This document shows, in pieces, positions 1 to 9,717 of a stretch of DNA of 64,000 nt. The stretch comes from Polyangiales bacterium. GTDB taxonomy: Bacteria > Myxococcota_A > Polyangia > Polyangiales > JADJQN01. The stretch spans positions 949,584-1,013,583 of the forward strand of contig CAXNJO010000001.1 of assembly GCA_964202905.1 (NCBI GenBank), written 5' to 3'. Made by a program: the position numbers and the translations under genes. The notes beneath the pieces were generated by a model. That model made no database searches. It saw only the letters and a list, made by a program, of their open reading frames with translations, and was not told where the DNA came from. The number at the start of each line of letters is the position of its first letter. Position 1 is the first letter of the stretch.

Positions 1-1081
1 CGCCGTTCGGCCCCACGATGCCGAGGCGCTCGCCCTTGACGAGCTGCACCGTCGCGCCCTCGGCGAGCACGCGGCCCGCGTCGCCGGGGGCGCGCAGCGT
101 GACGTCTTCGAGCGCGAGGATCGTCTTGCCCGTGCGCCGCGTCTCGAGCTCGAGCGCCACGCGCTTGTCCTCGGCGGGCCGCTGCGTGGCGATCGCCGTG
201 TTGGCGCGCGAGATGCGCGCCTTCTGCTTGCCGGTGCGCGCCGAGGGCGTGCGGCGCAGCCACTCGAGCTCGCGGCGTAGCAGGTTCTGCCGGTTCTTCT
301 CGGTGCGTTCAGCCTGCGCGGCGCGCTCGGCCTTCGCGGCGAGGTAGGACTCGTAGCCGCCGTCGTACGAATACACGCGCCCCGCGTCGACCTCGAGCGT
401 CCGCGTGCAGACGCGGTCGAGCACGTAGCGGTCGTGCGTGATCATCAAGAGCGCGCCCGTGTACGACTCGATCAGGTAGGTCTCGAGCCACTCGACGGTG
501 TCGACGTCGAGGTGGTTCGTCGGCTCGTCGAGCACCGCGAGCGCGGGCTGCGCCACGAGGATGCGTGCGAGCGCGACGCGCCGCCGCTCGCCGCCCGAGA
601 GCGCGCCGAACACGGCGTCCGCGCGGTCCGCGAGCCCCAGGTGCCCGAGCAGCGACTCGACGCGGTGCTCCGGATCCCAGCCACCGAGCCGCTCGATCTC
701 CGCGCTCGCCCCGGCCTGCCGCGCGAGCAGCGCCGCCGGATCGCCCTCGCCGCGCGAGAGCCCCGCGCTCGCCGCGTCGTGCCGCGCCTTCGCGGCCGTC
801 CACGCCGCGAGCCCGCCGCGCACGACGTCGCGCGCGCGCTCATCGCTCGGAAAAACGGGCTCCTGCGGCAGGTATGCGATCGGCGCGTCGCGGCGCCGCG
901 CGACCGTGCCGCCGTCCGCGATCTCGAGGCCGACGAGGATCTTCGCGAGCGTGCTCTTGCCCGAGCCGTTCACGCCGACGAGCCCGACGCGCTCGTCCTC
1001 TTCGACGGCGAGCGAGGCTCCGGCGAGGATCGTCTGCGGCCCGAAGGCTTTCGTCAGATCGTTGGCGACGAGCAGGGCCAC
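1..1081 (-). CDS. ABC-F family ATP-binding protein (Uup-like), 3' end runs off the window
   Basis: Translated by hand from GTG at 1081: [19 protein letters not shown]..., Walker [40 protein letters not shown], linker [19 protein letters not shown], second ABC domain starting [11 protein letters not shown]. No TM segments. Absent from the ORF track because it has no stop in the window. Confidence 0.93.
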   Translation of the reverse strand, partial: MALLVANDLTKAFGPQTILAGASLAVEEDERVGLVGVNGSGKSTLAKILVGLEIADGGTVARRRDAPIAYLPQEPVFPSDERARDVVRGGLAAWTAAKARHDAASAGLSRGEGDPAALLARQAGASAEIERLGGWDPEHRVESLLGHLGLADRADAVFGALSGGERRRVALARILVAQPALAVLDEPTNHLDVDTVEWLETYLIESYTGALLMITHDRYVLDRVCTRTLEVDAGRVYSYDGGYESYLAAKAERAAQAERTEKNRQNLLRRELEWLRRTPSARTGKQKARISRANTAIATQRPAEDKRVALELETRRTGKTILALEDVTLRAPGDAGRVLAEGATVQLVKGERLGIVGPNG

Positions 1082-1127
1082 GGCGCGGAGGCGTATCACA
1101 CGGCGCGCGCTATGCTCGGCGGCCCCG

Positions 1128-1355
1128 ATGATTCACCCCTACGACAACGCGTCCCAGACACGCTGGGACCGCGGCGACTTCAGGGTCCAGCTCAACCTCC
1201 CCGAGAGCTCGCGACCGATGGGCTTCTGCGACGGCACGCCCGAGGACCTGGCCGAGCTGCGCGCGATCGCCGAGGCCGAGAGCACGCAGGTCGAGATCGA
1301 CGTGAAGGTGCTCAAGTCCGGGCGGGAGATCTGGACGCTGCGCGGCACGGGCTGA
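1128..1355 (+). CDS. Small hypothetical protein (75 aa)
   Basis: ATG 1128, MIHPYDNASQTRWDRGDFRVQL...GREIWTLRGTG; GC3-rich codons and protein-like composition, unlike the shadow ORFs. Confidence 0.7.
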   Translation: MIHPYDNASQTRWDRGDFRVQLNLPESSRPMGFCDGTPEDLAELRAIAEAESTQVEIDVKVLKSGREIWTLRGTG

Positions 1356-1409
1356 GGCTGATCGCTCGGGGGGCTGCGGGGGGCCGATCTGATAGGCTCC
1401 CGCTCCGCC

Positions 1410-2124
1410 ATGAACGCTGATTCTCCTCGCATTTCCCTCGTCACAGGCGGAACCGGCGCGCTCGGCGCTGCCGTGTGCGACGCGCTCCTCGCCGCGGGCG
1501 GCCGCGTGCACGTCACCGTACGTCAGCGACCGCGAGCGCGATGCCTTTTCGGCACGTTTCGCCGCGCATGCGGGGCGATTCGTGCTGCACCGCGTGGACG
1601 TCACCGCGGAAGCCGAGGTCGTCGCGTTCTTCGACGCCGTGCTCGCCGCCGAGGGCCGCGTGGACGCGCTCGCCTGCATCGCGGGCGGGTTCGCGATGGG
1701 CCCGATCGAGGAGACGTCGCTCGCCACCTTCGACGCGCAGCTCGCGCTCAACCTGCGCAGCTTCTTCCTCGCGGCGCGCGAGGCCGTGCGTCGCATGAAG
1801 CCGCACGCGCACGGGCGCATCCTCGCAGTCGGCACGCGCGCGGCGCTCGATCCGCCGGGCGGGCTCTCGGCCTACGCCGCGAGCAAGGCCGCCGTGCTCG
1901 CGCTCGTGCGCGGGCTCGCCGTCGAGCTGCGCGGCAGCGGTATCACCGTGAACGCCGTGCTCCCCGGCACGATGGACACGCCCGCGAACCGCGCGAGCAT
2001 GCCCGACGCCGACTTCTCACGTTGGGCGAAGACGGCGGACGTCGCGCGCGTCGCCGCGTTCCTGCTCGCGGCCGAGAGCGGCGTGACGAGCGGCGCGCTC
2101 GTGCCCGTCTACGGGGACTCGTGA
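1410..2124 (+). CDS. SDR-family oxidoreductase (frameshift near 1518)
   Basis: Rossmann motif VTGGTGALG in the 1410 frame; continues YVSDRERDAF...VDVT...YAASK (YxxxK)...VNAVLPGTMDT in the 1582 frame. Confidence 0.88.
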
Positions 2125-2807
2125 GTTCGCGCGGCACGGCGCGCGTCAGCGAGACGGACGCGCGTCGCGAGGCCGCGCTGCGCCGCGCGATCTGCGACGT
2201 GACGCGGCACCTCTACGATCGCGGTCATGGGGCGCCAGGAGATGGCAATGTCTCCGCGCGCCTCTCGGCGACGCACCTCCTCTGCACGCCGACGAGCTCG
2301 CACAAGGGGCGGCTCACGCCCGCGCAGATCGTGAAGGTGCGCGCGAACGACGGCGTGCCCGTGTCCTCGCGTCAGCGCGCGTCGACCGAGATCCGCCTGC
2401 ACACCGCGCTCTACGCCGCGCGCCCCGGGCTCGGCGCGATCGTGCACGCGCACTCGCCGTACACCGTCGCGCTCACGGTCGCCGGGCTCTCGCTCGACGC
2501 GCTGCTGATCCCCGAGGCGGTCGTCGCGCTCGCGGGCGGCTGCCCCACCGTACCGTACGCGAGCCCGACGACGGCGGACGTGCCCGCGGCCGTCCTCGCG
2601 CATGCGCCGCGCGCGCTCGGCTTCGTGCTCGAGCGTCACGGCCCCGTCGCGCTCGGCACGGACCTCGCGGATGCGCTCGCGCGGCTCGAGGTGATCGAGC
2701 ACACCGCGAAGATCACGCTCCTCGCGCGCGCCGTGGGCACGCCCGTGCCGCTGCCGGACGCCGAGCTCGCGAAGCTGCGCGCGCTCGTGCCGCCGTCGGC
2801 GTTCTGA
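2121..2807 (+). CDS. Class II aldolase/adducin family protein
   Basis: GDGNVSAR, STEIRLH, AIVHAHSPY, LERHG motifs; GTGA overlap with the SDR stop. Confidence 0.9.
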   Translation: MSSRGTARVSETDARREAALRRAICDVTRHLYDRGHGAPGDGNVSARLSATHLLCTPTSSHKGRLTPAQIVKVRANDGVPVSSRQRASTEIRLHTALYAARPGLGAIVHAHSPYTVALTVAGLSLDALLIPEAVVALAGGCPTVPYASPTTADVPAAVLAHAPRALGFVLERHGPVALGTDLADALARLEVIEHTAKITLLARAVGTPVPLPDAELAKLRALVPPSAF

Positions 2808-2824
2808 GTTCGCAGCGCGGGCCC

Positions 2825-4462
2825 TCAGCGGCGCCGACGTCGCACGGCGAGCGCGAGCACGCCGAGAAGCAGCGCCGCGTGAGGCGCGGGTGCGTCGTCG
2901 CCACCGACGCGGCAGCCGCAGCCGCCCGAGGCGTCCGGCGCGGGGACGCTCCTGCCGGCGTCGCGGCGCGTTGTGCCCGCGTCTTCGTTCGCGCCGCCCG
3001 CGTCGACGTCACCCGCGTCGGAGCCTGCATCGACGCCCCCCGCGTCCGGCGCGCCCGCGTCCGCGCTCCCCGCATCGACGTCGCCCGGTCCTGCGTCCGT
3101 GCCCGCGTCGGGGAGCGGCTCGCACGCATCGCCCGTGCGATCGCCATCCGCATCGGCCTGATCCGCGTTGGCGGCAGCGGGGCAGTTGTCGCAGGCGTCG
3201 CCGACGCCGTCTCCATCTTCATCACGCTGCATGGCATCCGCGACGATGCGGCATACATCCATCCCGTCCGTCACGCCGTCGTCGTCGGAGTCCCGATCGC
3301 GGAAGGAGAAGATCCCGTCGAGGTCCGGGTCGGTGCGGCCCTCGGTCGCGTCCGGCACGCCGTCGCCGTCGCTGTCGGTGTCGCGCAGATCGGGGACGGT
3401 GTCGGCGTCCGTGTCCACCGGCTCCGCGAGCAGCGCGGTCGCGCCTTCGAGCCCGTCCTCGATTCCGTCGCCGTCCGAGTCGCGGTCGCGGTAGTCCGGC
3501 GTGCCGTCCGCGTCCGTGTCGATGGGCGGGGTCGCGGGGTCGGCGTCGCCCGCCTCGAACACGTCGAGCGTGCCGTCGCCGTCGGTGTCGCCGTCGAATT
3601 CGTCGGTGCGCCCGTCGCCGTCGAGATCGCCGCTGCCCTCGACGCTGCTCGGGATCGGGTCGTGCGCGGTCTCCGCGACCCACGCGAAGACGTTGCGCAG
3701 CAGGACGTCGTTGTTGCCGCCGCGCGTGAGGCCGCGCGAGCCGCAGCCGGGCACCACGAGGGAGGCGAACTGCTCTTCGTCACCGAAACTCACGGCGCGT
3801 CCCGCGCTCGGGTGGCGCGGTGCGAGATCGATGGCGACGGCGTTGGGGCCGCCGTCGTTGTTCGAGAGCACCACCGCGAGCGGATCGAGCCGCGTGAACA
3901 CGCAGTTGAAGCCGGTGAAATACGGCGACGCCACGACGCCGAAGGGCCCCGTGAGCGCGGGCACGCCCGCGGCCGTCGCGAACGTCGCCGAGTTGTCGTT
4001 GACGCAGCTCTCGGCCGACGCCGCGAAGAACGTCGCGGCTGCGTTCTGGAAGGAGACGAAGCCGACCCCGCCGCGCGCGTAGACGCCGAACACCGAAAGG
4101 TCGGCGTCCTGGGGCCGCGGGCTGAACGGGTTGAGCACCAGCAGATCCGCGCCGTCGAGCGCGTCGGGATTGAACGAGTCGTACGGCGGCCCGAACTCGA
4201 AGGTGATCGGCACCGTCCCGGTCGCGGAGAAGTTCGCCGGATCCCGTAGCGACGCGCGCGCCTCGCGATACCAGCCATCTGCGCCCGCCTCGCTGTCGAC
4301 AGAGAAGCTGAAGGTCTGCCCTCCGAGCGCCGTGGGGCACGCGAGGCTGAAGCCCACCGAGGGGGCGCGAATCACCACCCGGCGCTGGGCCTGCGCGGCA
4401 TCGGCGACTCCGAGCAGGGAACCGAGAAGCGCGGTCGCGAGCGATGCGGTGCGGATGGACAT
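2825..4462 (-). CDS. Secreted thrombospondin type-3 repeat protein with MYXO-CTERM sorting signal
   Basis: Signal peptide; many DxDxDGxxD repeats and GDACDNCP; DAG-rich linker; C-terminus GGCGCRVGG...LLLGVLALAVRRRRR. Confidence 0.88.
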   Translation of the reverse strand: MSIRTASLATALLGSLLGVADAAQAQRRVVIRAPSVGFSLACPTALGGQTFSFSVDSEAGADGWYREARASLRDPANFSATGTVPITFEFGPPYDSFNPDALDGADLLVLNPFSPRPQDADLSVFGVYARGGVGFVSFQNAAATFFAASAESCVNDNSATFATAAGVPALTGPFGVVASPYFTGFNCVFTRLDPLAVVLSNNDGGPNAVAIDLAPRHPSAGRAVSFGDEEQFASLVVPGCGSRGLTRGGNNDVLLRNVFAWVAETAHDPIPSSVEGSGDLDGDGRTDEFDGDTDGDGTLDVFEAGDADPATPPIDTDADGTPDYRDRDSDGDGIEDGLEGATALLAEPVDTDADTVPDLRDTDSDGDGVPDATEGRTDPDLDGIFSFRDRDSDDDGVTDGMDVCRIVADAMQRDEDGDGVGDACDNCPAAANADQADADGDRTGDACEPLPDAGTDAGPGDVDAGSADAGAPDAGGVDAGSDAGDVDAGGANEDAGTTRRDAGRSVPAPDASGGCGCRVGGDDAPAPHAALLLGVLALAVRRRRR

Positions 4463-4634
4463 CGGGGCATCCTAATCCGGATTGGGGGGTGTCCCGGTGA
4501 GTGCGCCGGCGGAGTGTCGCGGCGCTGTGAGCGTGCCGCCTGCGTGCCGACCCCGCCCGCGTTCGGCCCGCGCGTCTTGATTCGCGGGCTCGTCGTGGTC
4601 GGTCATCGCTGCCTGCCGCGCGGGCCGTGAGCGA

Positions 4635-5498
4635 TCAGCGCAGCGTGGATTCGCGGTCGCTCGATGCGCCGAGGAGATGCGCTGCCCCGACTCCCCCCGC
4701 CCGCTCGAGACCGACGGCCCGCTCGACACGGATGCGCTGCTCGACACGGATGCGCTGCTCGAGACGGGTCGTGGGCTTGTGCGGGGCGAGCTGCGCGGCC
4801 GGAGGCGCTGCGACCTGCACGGCGCCGGGCCCAGAGACGTTCACGCGGACAGGGGCCTGTGCGGGAGGGGCTGCGACCTGCACGGCCCCAGGTTGCGGTG
4901 GGGGTCGAACGAGCCCGGGCCCGCGGAGCACGGGCGTCAAGCGGATGCCGTGTGTCGATCGCACGCCGACGCGCACCCCGATGACGAGCGTACCGCCCTG
5001 AAACGCCTGCCCCGCGATGAAGAACGGCACGCCGGGCGAGGTCTCGACCGTGACGCCCTGCAAGTAGTCGTTCTGATCGGGGCGGTTGATGGACACACGC
5101 ACCTGCAATCGCCCGTTGGGGAGGCGCTGCATGAACGTGATCTGGACGCGCCGGCCGTTGGGCAGCTCGACGGCGGCGGGGCGGCCGACGCCGAGCGTGA
5201 CCGGGCGGCGCTCGAGCAGGCGCATCGAGCGGAAGGCGTTGAACGGCGGTTGCCGCAGCGCGGGCTCCTGCGCGAGGTTCGCGTCGATGACGCCGCCCTC
5301 CTCGGACGCGAGCACCACGAGCACCTCGCCGAGCTGGTCCTGGGCGCGCGCGACGGCCCCCCCCGTGGCGAACGCCGCGAGCGTGACGAGCACGGAGAGC
5401 GCCGCGCGCACCGTGGCCCCGGCGAGGTCCACACCGACGCGCCGCCAAAGCGGAGGGCGCGCGCCGCGCGTGCAGGGGGAGGGCGCGCGGTGCGTCAC
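4635..5498 (-). CDS. Hypothetical exported protein, third gene of the ECF sigma/anti-sigma operon
   Basis: GTG overlapping the anti-sigma stop; signal-like segment LSVLVTLAAFATGGAVARAQ; beta-rich core; repetitive C-tail. Start uncertain. Confidence 0.7.
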   Translation of the reverse strand: MTHRAPSPCTRGARPPLWRRVGVDLAGATVRAALSVLVTLAAFATGGAVARAQDQLGEVLVVLASEEGGVIDANLAQEPALRQPPFNAFRSMRLLERRPVTLGVGRPAAVELPNGRRVQITFMQRLPNGRLQVRVSINRPDQNDYLQGVTVETSPGVPFFIAGQAFQGGTLVIGVRVGVRSTHGIRLTPVLRGPGLVRPPPQPGAVQVAAPPAQAPVRVNVSGPGAVQVAAPPAAQLAPHKPTTRLEQRIRVEQRIRVERAVGLERAGGVGAAHLLGASSDRESTLR

Positions 5499-6079
5499 AG
5501 CGCGTCCCCCGGGGCTTCGTCGGCGATCCAGACGACGGCGACGGGCGCCTCGCCCGCGCTGCCCTCGAGCGTGAAGACCGTGCCGGCCGCGCCGTCCGCG
5601 AACTCCGCCGAGAGCACCTCCGAGCCGCGCAGGGGCTCCTGCCCCGTACCCATCGCTAGGGCCTGCGGCCCGGGCGCGGTCGGTCCGACACGTCCGACGA
5701 GGACCGCGAGGATCACGGCCGCGGCCGCCGCGATCGTCGCCGCGGGGACCCAGACGTGCTTCTTGTGGGCGAGCGTCTCGCTCGCGATCACGCGGAAACG
5801 CTCGCCGAAACCGGCCTTCTCCTGGCGGGCGATGCCCTCGCGCACGGCAGCGAACATGGCGTCGAGCTCGGGCGCTGCGTCCGCCGCGTCCTGCTCCGCC
5901 GCCGCGGCGAAGAGCGCGTGCAGCCGCTCGAGCCGCCGCAGCGACTGCGTGCACGGGCGGCACTCCGCGAGGTGCTGGCGCACGAGCGTCGCTTGGCCCG
6001 CGCCGAGTTCGCCGTCGAAGTGCCGTTGCAGCGTGTCGTCGTCGAGGTGGTCGGACATCGTGGTTTCTCGCGGGGTCAT
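5495..6079 (-). CDS. Zinc-binding (zf-HC2/ZAS) transmembrane anti-sigma factor
   Basis: HLDDDTLQRHFDGEL...HLAECRPC (HxxxCxxC), single TM (ATIAAAAAVILAVLVG); ATGA overlap with the sigma factor stop. Confidence 0.9.
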   Translation of the reverse strand: MTPRETTMSDHLDDDTLQRHFDGELGAGQATLVRQHLAECRPCTQSLRRLERLHALFAAAAEQDAADAAPELDAMFAAVREGIARQEKAGFGERFRVIASETLAHKKHVWVPAATIAAAAAVILAVLVGRVGPTAPGPQALAMGTGQEPLRGSEVLSAEFADGAAGTVFTLEGSAGEAPVAVVWIADEAPGDAL

Positions 6080-6885
6080 CCGTCGTTCCCGATGGTCGGA
6101 TCGCCGTCGATGTAGGGGTCGAGCGCGGCCTGCATCTTGCGCCGCGCGTGGAAGAGGCGGCTCATGATCGTGCCCTTCGGGACCTTGAGGATCTGCGACA
6201 TCTCTTCGTACGAGAGGCCGTCGATCTCGCGCAGCACGATGACCGCGCGGTGGTAGTCGGGGAGGCCGGCGAGGGCGGCCTGAAGCTTCTCCGAGAGTTC
6301 GCGGCGCTGGGCCGTGCGCGCGGGGTTTCCGTCGAGGATGCGGGGCAGCATCCCGCCATCGCCTTCGATCTCGAGCGGATCGCGTCCGATCGCGTCGTCG
6401 AAGTCGACGGCGCGGTTCTTGTGCTTGCGGACGTGGTCGATCGCGAGGTTCATGAGGATCCGGTAGAGCCACGTGTAGAAGCTCGAGCTGCCCTGGAAGC
6501 TGCCGAGGTGGCGGTGGACCTTGATGAACGCTTCCTGCGTGACGTCGAGCGCGTCCTGCTTGTTCTTGACGACGCCGAGCGCGACCGCGTACGCGCGCCG
6601 CTGGTAGCGGTCGAAGAGCTGTCGGAACGCGACCTGATCGCCGCGCTGCGCGCGCTCGACCAGGAGGCGATCGAGCTCTCGGTCGGCTTCGCGCTCCGGG
6701 GCGAGGGCCCGCGCGCCGCGCACGGGGCCACCGGGGGCGGCGTCGGGGCCGCCATCCGGGCGGGGTGCTGCTGGGTCGTCCACGAGGGCACCGGGGTCTT
6801 CCTCCGGGCCGTTCGACGCGGGCTCGTCCGGTTCATTCACCGGGTCGACGGCCGCGACCGAGGCCTCGTGCGCGCCCGGTTTCAT
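6076..6885 (-). CDS. ECF sigma-70 factor (RpoE/SigW-type)
   Basis: Region 2 DALDVTQEAFIKVHRHLGSFQGSSSFYTWLYRILMNLAIDHVRK; region 4 LREIDGLSYEEMSQILKVPKGTIMSRLFHARRK. Confidence 0.95.
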   Translation of the reverse strand: MKPGAHEASVAAVDPVNEPDEPASNGPEEDPGALVDDPAAPRPDGGPDAAPGGPVRGARALAPEREADRELDRLLVERAQRGDQVAFRQLFDRYQRRAYAVALGVVKNKQDALDVTQEAFIKVHRHLGSFQGSSSFYTWLYRILMNLAIDHVRKHKNRAVDFDDAIGRDPLEIEGDGGMLPRILDGNPARTAQRRELSEKLQAALAGLPDYHRAVIVLREIDGLSYEEMSQILKVPKGTIMSRLFHARRKMQAALDPYIDGDPTIGNDG

Positions 6886-7093
6886 CGCGGCCCTTGTAGC
6901 ACAGGCCGCCGACCCGACGCGCGTGCGGAGTCGGCCCCGCACAGCCACGCACCGGCCGTCCTCCCGTCGCCGGACCGTCGCTGTTCCGCCGTCGGACCGC
7001 CGCTGCCCGCCCGCCGTTCCGCCGATCCCCGCGCGCAACCCCTCGGGATCACACGCGCAAACCCCGGCACGTGCGCTGCTCGTCGTCCGGCGC

Positions 7094-7930
7094 ATGCCCC
7101 GCTCCTCGCCGCCCACGCCCACGCCCACGCCCACGCCCATGCCGCCGCGCCGTCCCGCGACGGAGCCGCACGGGGGGAACACCCGTCCGCGTCGCGTCGC
7201 GCGCGCGCTCCATGGTCCGACCCCGCCCGTCGTCGGGCGCGCAGCGCCGACCGCAGCCCGCAGCGACGGTCCGCGTGAGCGGCTCGCCCGGGTCGGTCCG
7301 GAGTCCTTGAGCGACGCGGAGCTCGTCGCGCTGCTGCTCGGGACAGGTGCGCGCGGTCTGCCCGTCGAGGTGCTCGCGGCCTCGATGCTCGCCGAGCGGG
7401 GCGGGCTCTCGGGCCTCGAGCGTACAGGCCTCGGCGCGCTCGCCGCGCGGACCGGGGTGGGGGAGGGCAAGGCGTGCCGGCTGCTCGCCGCGGTCGAGGT
7501 GGGGCGTCGCGTCGGCGCGTCGCCGCTCGCACGCGGGGCGCGCCTCGGCTCGAGCCGCGACATCGACGCGGCGCTGCGTCCGCGGCTCGCACGCGCCGAG
7601 GTCGAGCATTTCCTCGCGATCCCGCTCGACGTGAAGAATCGGCCGATGGGCGAGCTGCGCATCGCGACGGGCGGGCAGAGCGTCTGTCCCGTCGCGCCGA
7701 GCGACGTCTTCCGCGCGCTGCTCCGAGAGTCGGCCGCGGGCGTCGTGTTCGTGCACAACCACCCGAGCGGCGACCCCGCGCCGAGCCGCGACGACCAACT
7801 CATCACGGAGCGCCTCGTGCGTGCCGGGGAGCTGCTCGGCGTGCGCGTGCTCGACCACGTGATCGTCGCGCGCGAGGGCTACTTCAGCTTCCTGGACGCC
7901 GGGCTGTTGCGCGAGACGGAGGCGTCGTGA
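7094..7930 (+). CDS. radC: RadC (JAB/MPN domain) protein
   Basis: PRERL...LSDAELVALLLGTG, HhH-like GVGEGKA, HNHPSGDPAPSRDD, LDHVIV. Start uncertain (7094 or 7139). Confidence 0.93.
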   Translation: MPRSSPPTPTPTPTPMPPRRPATEPHGGNTRPRRVARALHGPTPPVVGRAAPTAARSDGPRERLARVGPESLSDAELVALLLGTGARGLPVEVLAASMLAERGGLSGLERTGLGALAARTGVGEGKACRLLAAVEVGRRVGASPLARGARLGSSRDIDAALRPRLARAEVEHFLAIPLDVKNRPMGELRIATGGQSVCPVAPSDVFRALLRESAAGVVFVHNHPSGDPAPSRDDQLITERLVRAGELLGVRVLDHVIVAREGYFSFLDAGLLRETEAS

Positions 7931-8119
7931 GCGCGCTGCTCCTCGGACTCGCGCTGCACGTCGTCGCCTGTGCGTCGCGACCGGTCGCGTCCCCCGCTTG
8001 CCCCGCGCCGCCCGCCCGTGCGCTCGATCAACCCGGGCCGCCCGGGCCGCCAAGGCCTGTCGTCGCCCCGCGCCGCGGTGCGCGTGTGCTCGCGGTGCCG
8101 GCAGCGTCGGGGCGTGAGC

Positions 8120-8145
8120 GAGACAGCCAGCCGGCTGGCTGTCTC
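8120..8145. repeat. Palindromic REP-like element, copy 1
   Basis: Perfect 26-nt palindrome gagacagccagccggctggctgtctc. Confidence 0.8.
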
Positions 8146-8394
8146 TCCGTGATCGCGCCCGCTCTTCGCGGCGTCCGTGTGTCGGTCGCGCATGTGGAAC
8201 ACGCCGAATTCGCAGATGGCCCCATCCATGTCGGCGGCGATGTTCGTGGGCATCTCGGCGCCGAGTTCAGCGGCGACGTCCATGTCGGCGTCGGGCGACT
8301 TGCGCGCACGATGCGGTGACGCGTTTGGCCCCCGGGGTTTCTTCCGCGCACGCGGCGCGCAACCGAGGATGGCGAGGCCCTGCGGGCCAGGAGG

Positions 8395-9678
8395 ATGGGA
8401 ATCATGATGTCAAGGCAGAGTCGAAGAGCGAGGCGGTTCGTATGCGGGGCGAGGTTCGGCGCTGCGTGGACGATCGTCGTGTGTGGTGTGCTGGTCGCGG
8501 CCGGTTGCGCGACGCGTGACGAGTCGGTCGCGCCGCCGCTCGACGCCGGGCTGCACGACGCGACGCACGCGGACGCCATGCTCGCGGACGCGGGCGAGGC
8601 CGCGCGCGATGCGGACGCGCAGATCGACGCATCCCGCGACGCGGGCGACGACGACGCAGGCGCGCTCGCGTCGCGCTGCGCCCTGCCCCCGACGTATGCA
8701 GAGCTGCGCTTCACGCCCTGGCTCGTGGTCCTCGGGCGCGAGGCGCTCGCTGACGCGTCCGCCGCGCCGCCCGGAAGCATCCGTGAGGCGCAGCTCATCG
8801 ACGCCGTCGCGGCGACGGGTGTGCGCGTCGCGTCTGCGGCGGAGGCGATCCGCGCGACGGACGACGACGCCTTCGACGTGCTCACGCTGCTCGACATTGG
8901 GACGCGCCGCACCTTCGAGGTCGTCACGGCGACGTATGGCGACAGCCGCTACGGCCGTGTCTTCGACGCCGACGGCCCCCTCGTCGTTGCGACGATCACG
9001 GACTCCGACGTCGGCGCATGCACCGTGGAGCGCGGCCTCGAGGGGACGCCGTGTGCGGATGCGACGCCCTGTGCGCCCGGGATCTGCCTCGGCGTCGTGC
9101 GCGAGGAGGTCTGTGTCGACGGCGTCTGCACGCCCACCGACGTCGTGCTCGGCGAAGGGCGCTGCGTGCGCACGCGCGTGCCCGACGAGCGGCCCTCGCG
9201 CGGGGCGACGTGCACCGGAGACGCCACCTGTCCGCGCGCCGAGGGGCTCACGTGCAGCCTGCTCGGCGACGGACCGGACGCGGTCGGCTTCTGCGAGGAC
9301 GCGTGGCTGCGCCGCCGCTTTGCCTTCGAGGGTGCAGCGATCGAGGGCGCGGTGACGACGATTCCGCTCGTCGTCTCCGGCGTCGCGAGCGTCTCGCTGC
9401 GCACGACGCTGAGCGCGGTGATCAGCCACCCACGCCCGGCCGATCTCACCGTCTCGCTCCAGCACCCCGGTGGCGGCTCGAGCGCCGTCGTCTTCGCGGA
9501 TCCGGGCGCGACGGGCACGGAGATCGTGCTCCGCGACGTGCGCGCGCTGCTCCCGTCCGACGAGGGGATCAACGGGACGTGGTCGCTCCTCGTGGAAGAT
9601 GCGGGCGGCAGCGTACTCCCCCCTGGCAGCGCCTTCGCCTTCGGCCTCGAGCTCGAGGTCGCGAGTTGGTTCGATTGA
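8395..9678 (+). CDS. Cys-rich lipoprotein with C-terminal proprotein-convertase P-domain
   Basis: Lipobox AAGC; Cys-rich middle; P-domain-like ISHPRPADLTVSLQHPGG...GINGTWSLLVED. Start uncertain. Confidence 0.75.
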   Translation: MGIMMSRQSRRARRFVCGARFGAAWTIVVCGVLVAAGCATRDESVAPPLDAGLHDATHADAMLADAGEAARDADAQIDASRDAGDDDAGALASRCALPPTYAELRFTPWLVVLGREALADASAAPPGSIREAQLIDAVAATGVRVASAAEAIRATDDDAFDVLTLLDIGTRRTFEVVTATYGDSRYGRVFDADGPLVVATITDSDVGACTVERGLEGTPCADATPCAPGICLGVVREEVCVDGVCTPTDVVLGEGRCVRTRVPDERPSRGATCTGDATCPRAEGLTCSLLGDGPDAVGFCEDAWLRRRFAFEGAAIEGAVTTIPLVVSGVASVSLRTTLSAVISHPRPADLTVSLQHPGGGSSAVVFADPGATGTEIVLRDVRALLPSDEGINGTWSLLVEDAGGSVLPPGSAFAFGLELEVASWFD

Positions 9679-9682
9679 CGAC

Positions 9683-9702
9683 AGACAGCCGGCCGGCTGT
9701 CT
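9683..9702. repeat. Palindromic REP-like element, copy 2
   Basis: agacagccggccggctgtct, between two convergent stop codons. Confidence 0.75.
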
Positions 9703-9717
9703 CCGAACCCGGCGTCC

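Noticed and set aside
1410..2807. SDR-aldolase fusion protein suggested by the 465-aa ORF
   Set aside because: Artefact of the SDR frameshift; the real SDR continues in another frame and stops at 2124.
7111..7140. (gcccac)n microsatellite as a phase-variation switch
   Set aside because: The hexamer unit keeps the frame (PTPTPT) and lies in a dispensable N-terminal region.
7094..7930. radC as a marker of a mobile element or anti-restriction island
   Set aside because: It is the long chromosomal form with the N-terminal HhH region; no integrase or other MGE genes nearby.
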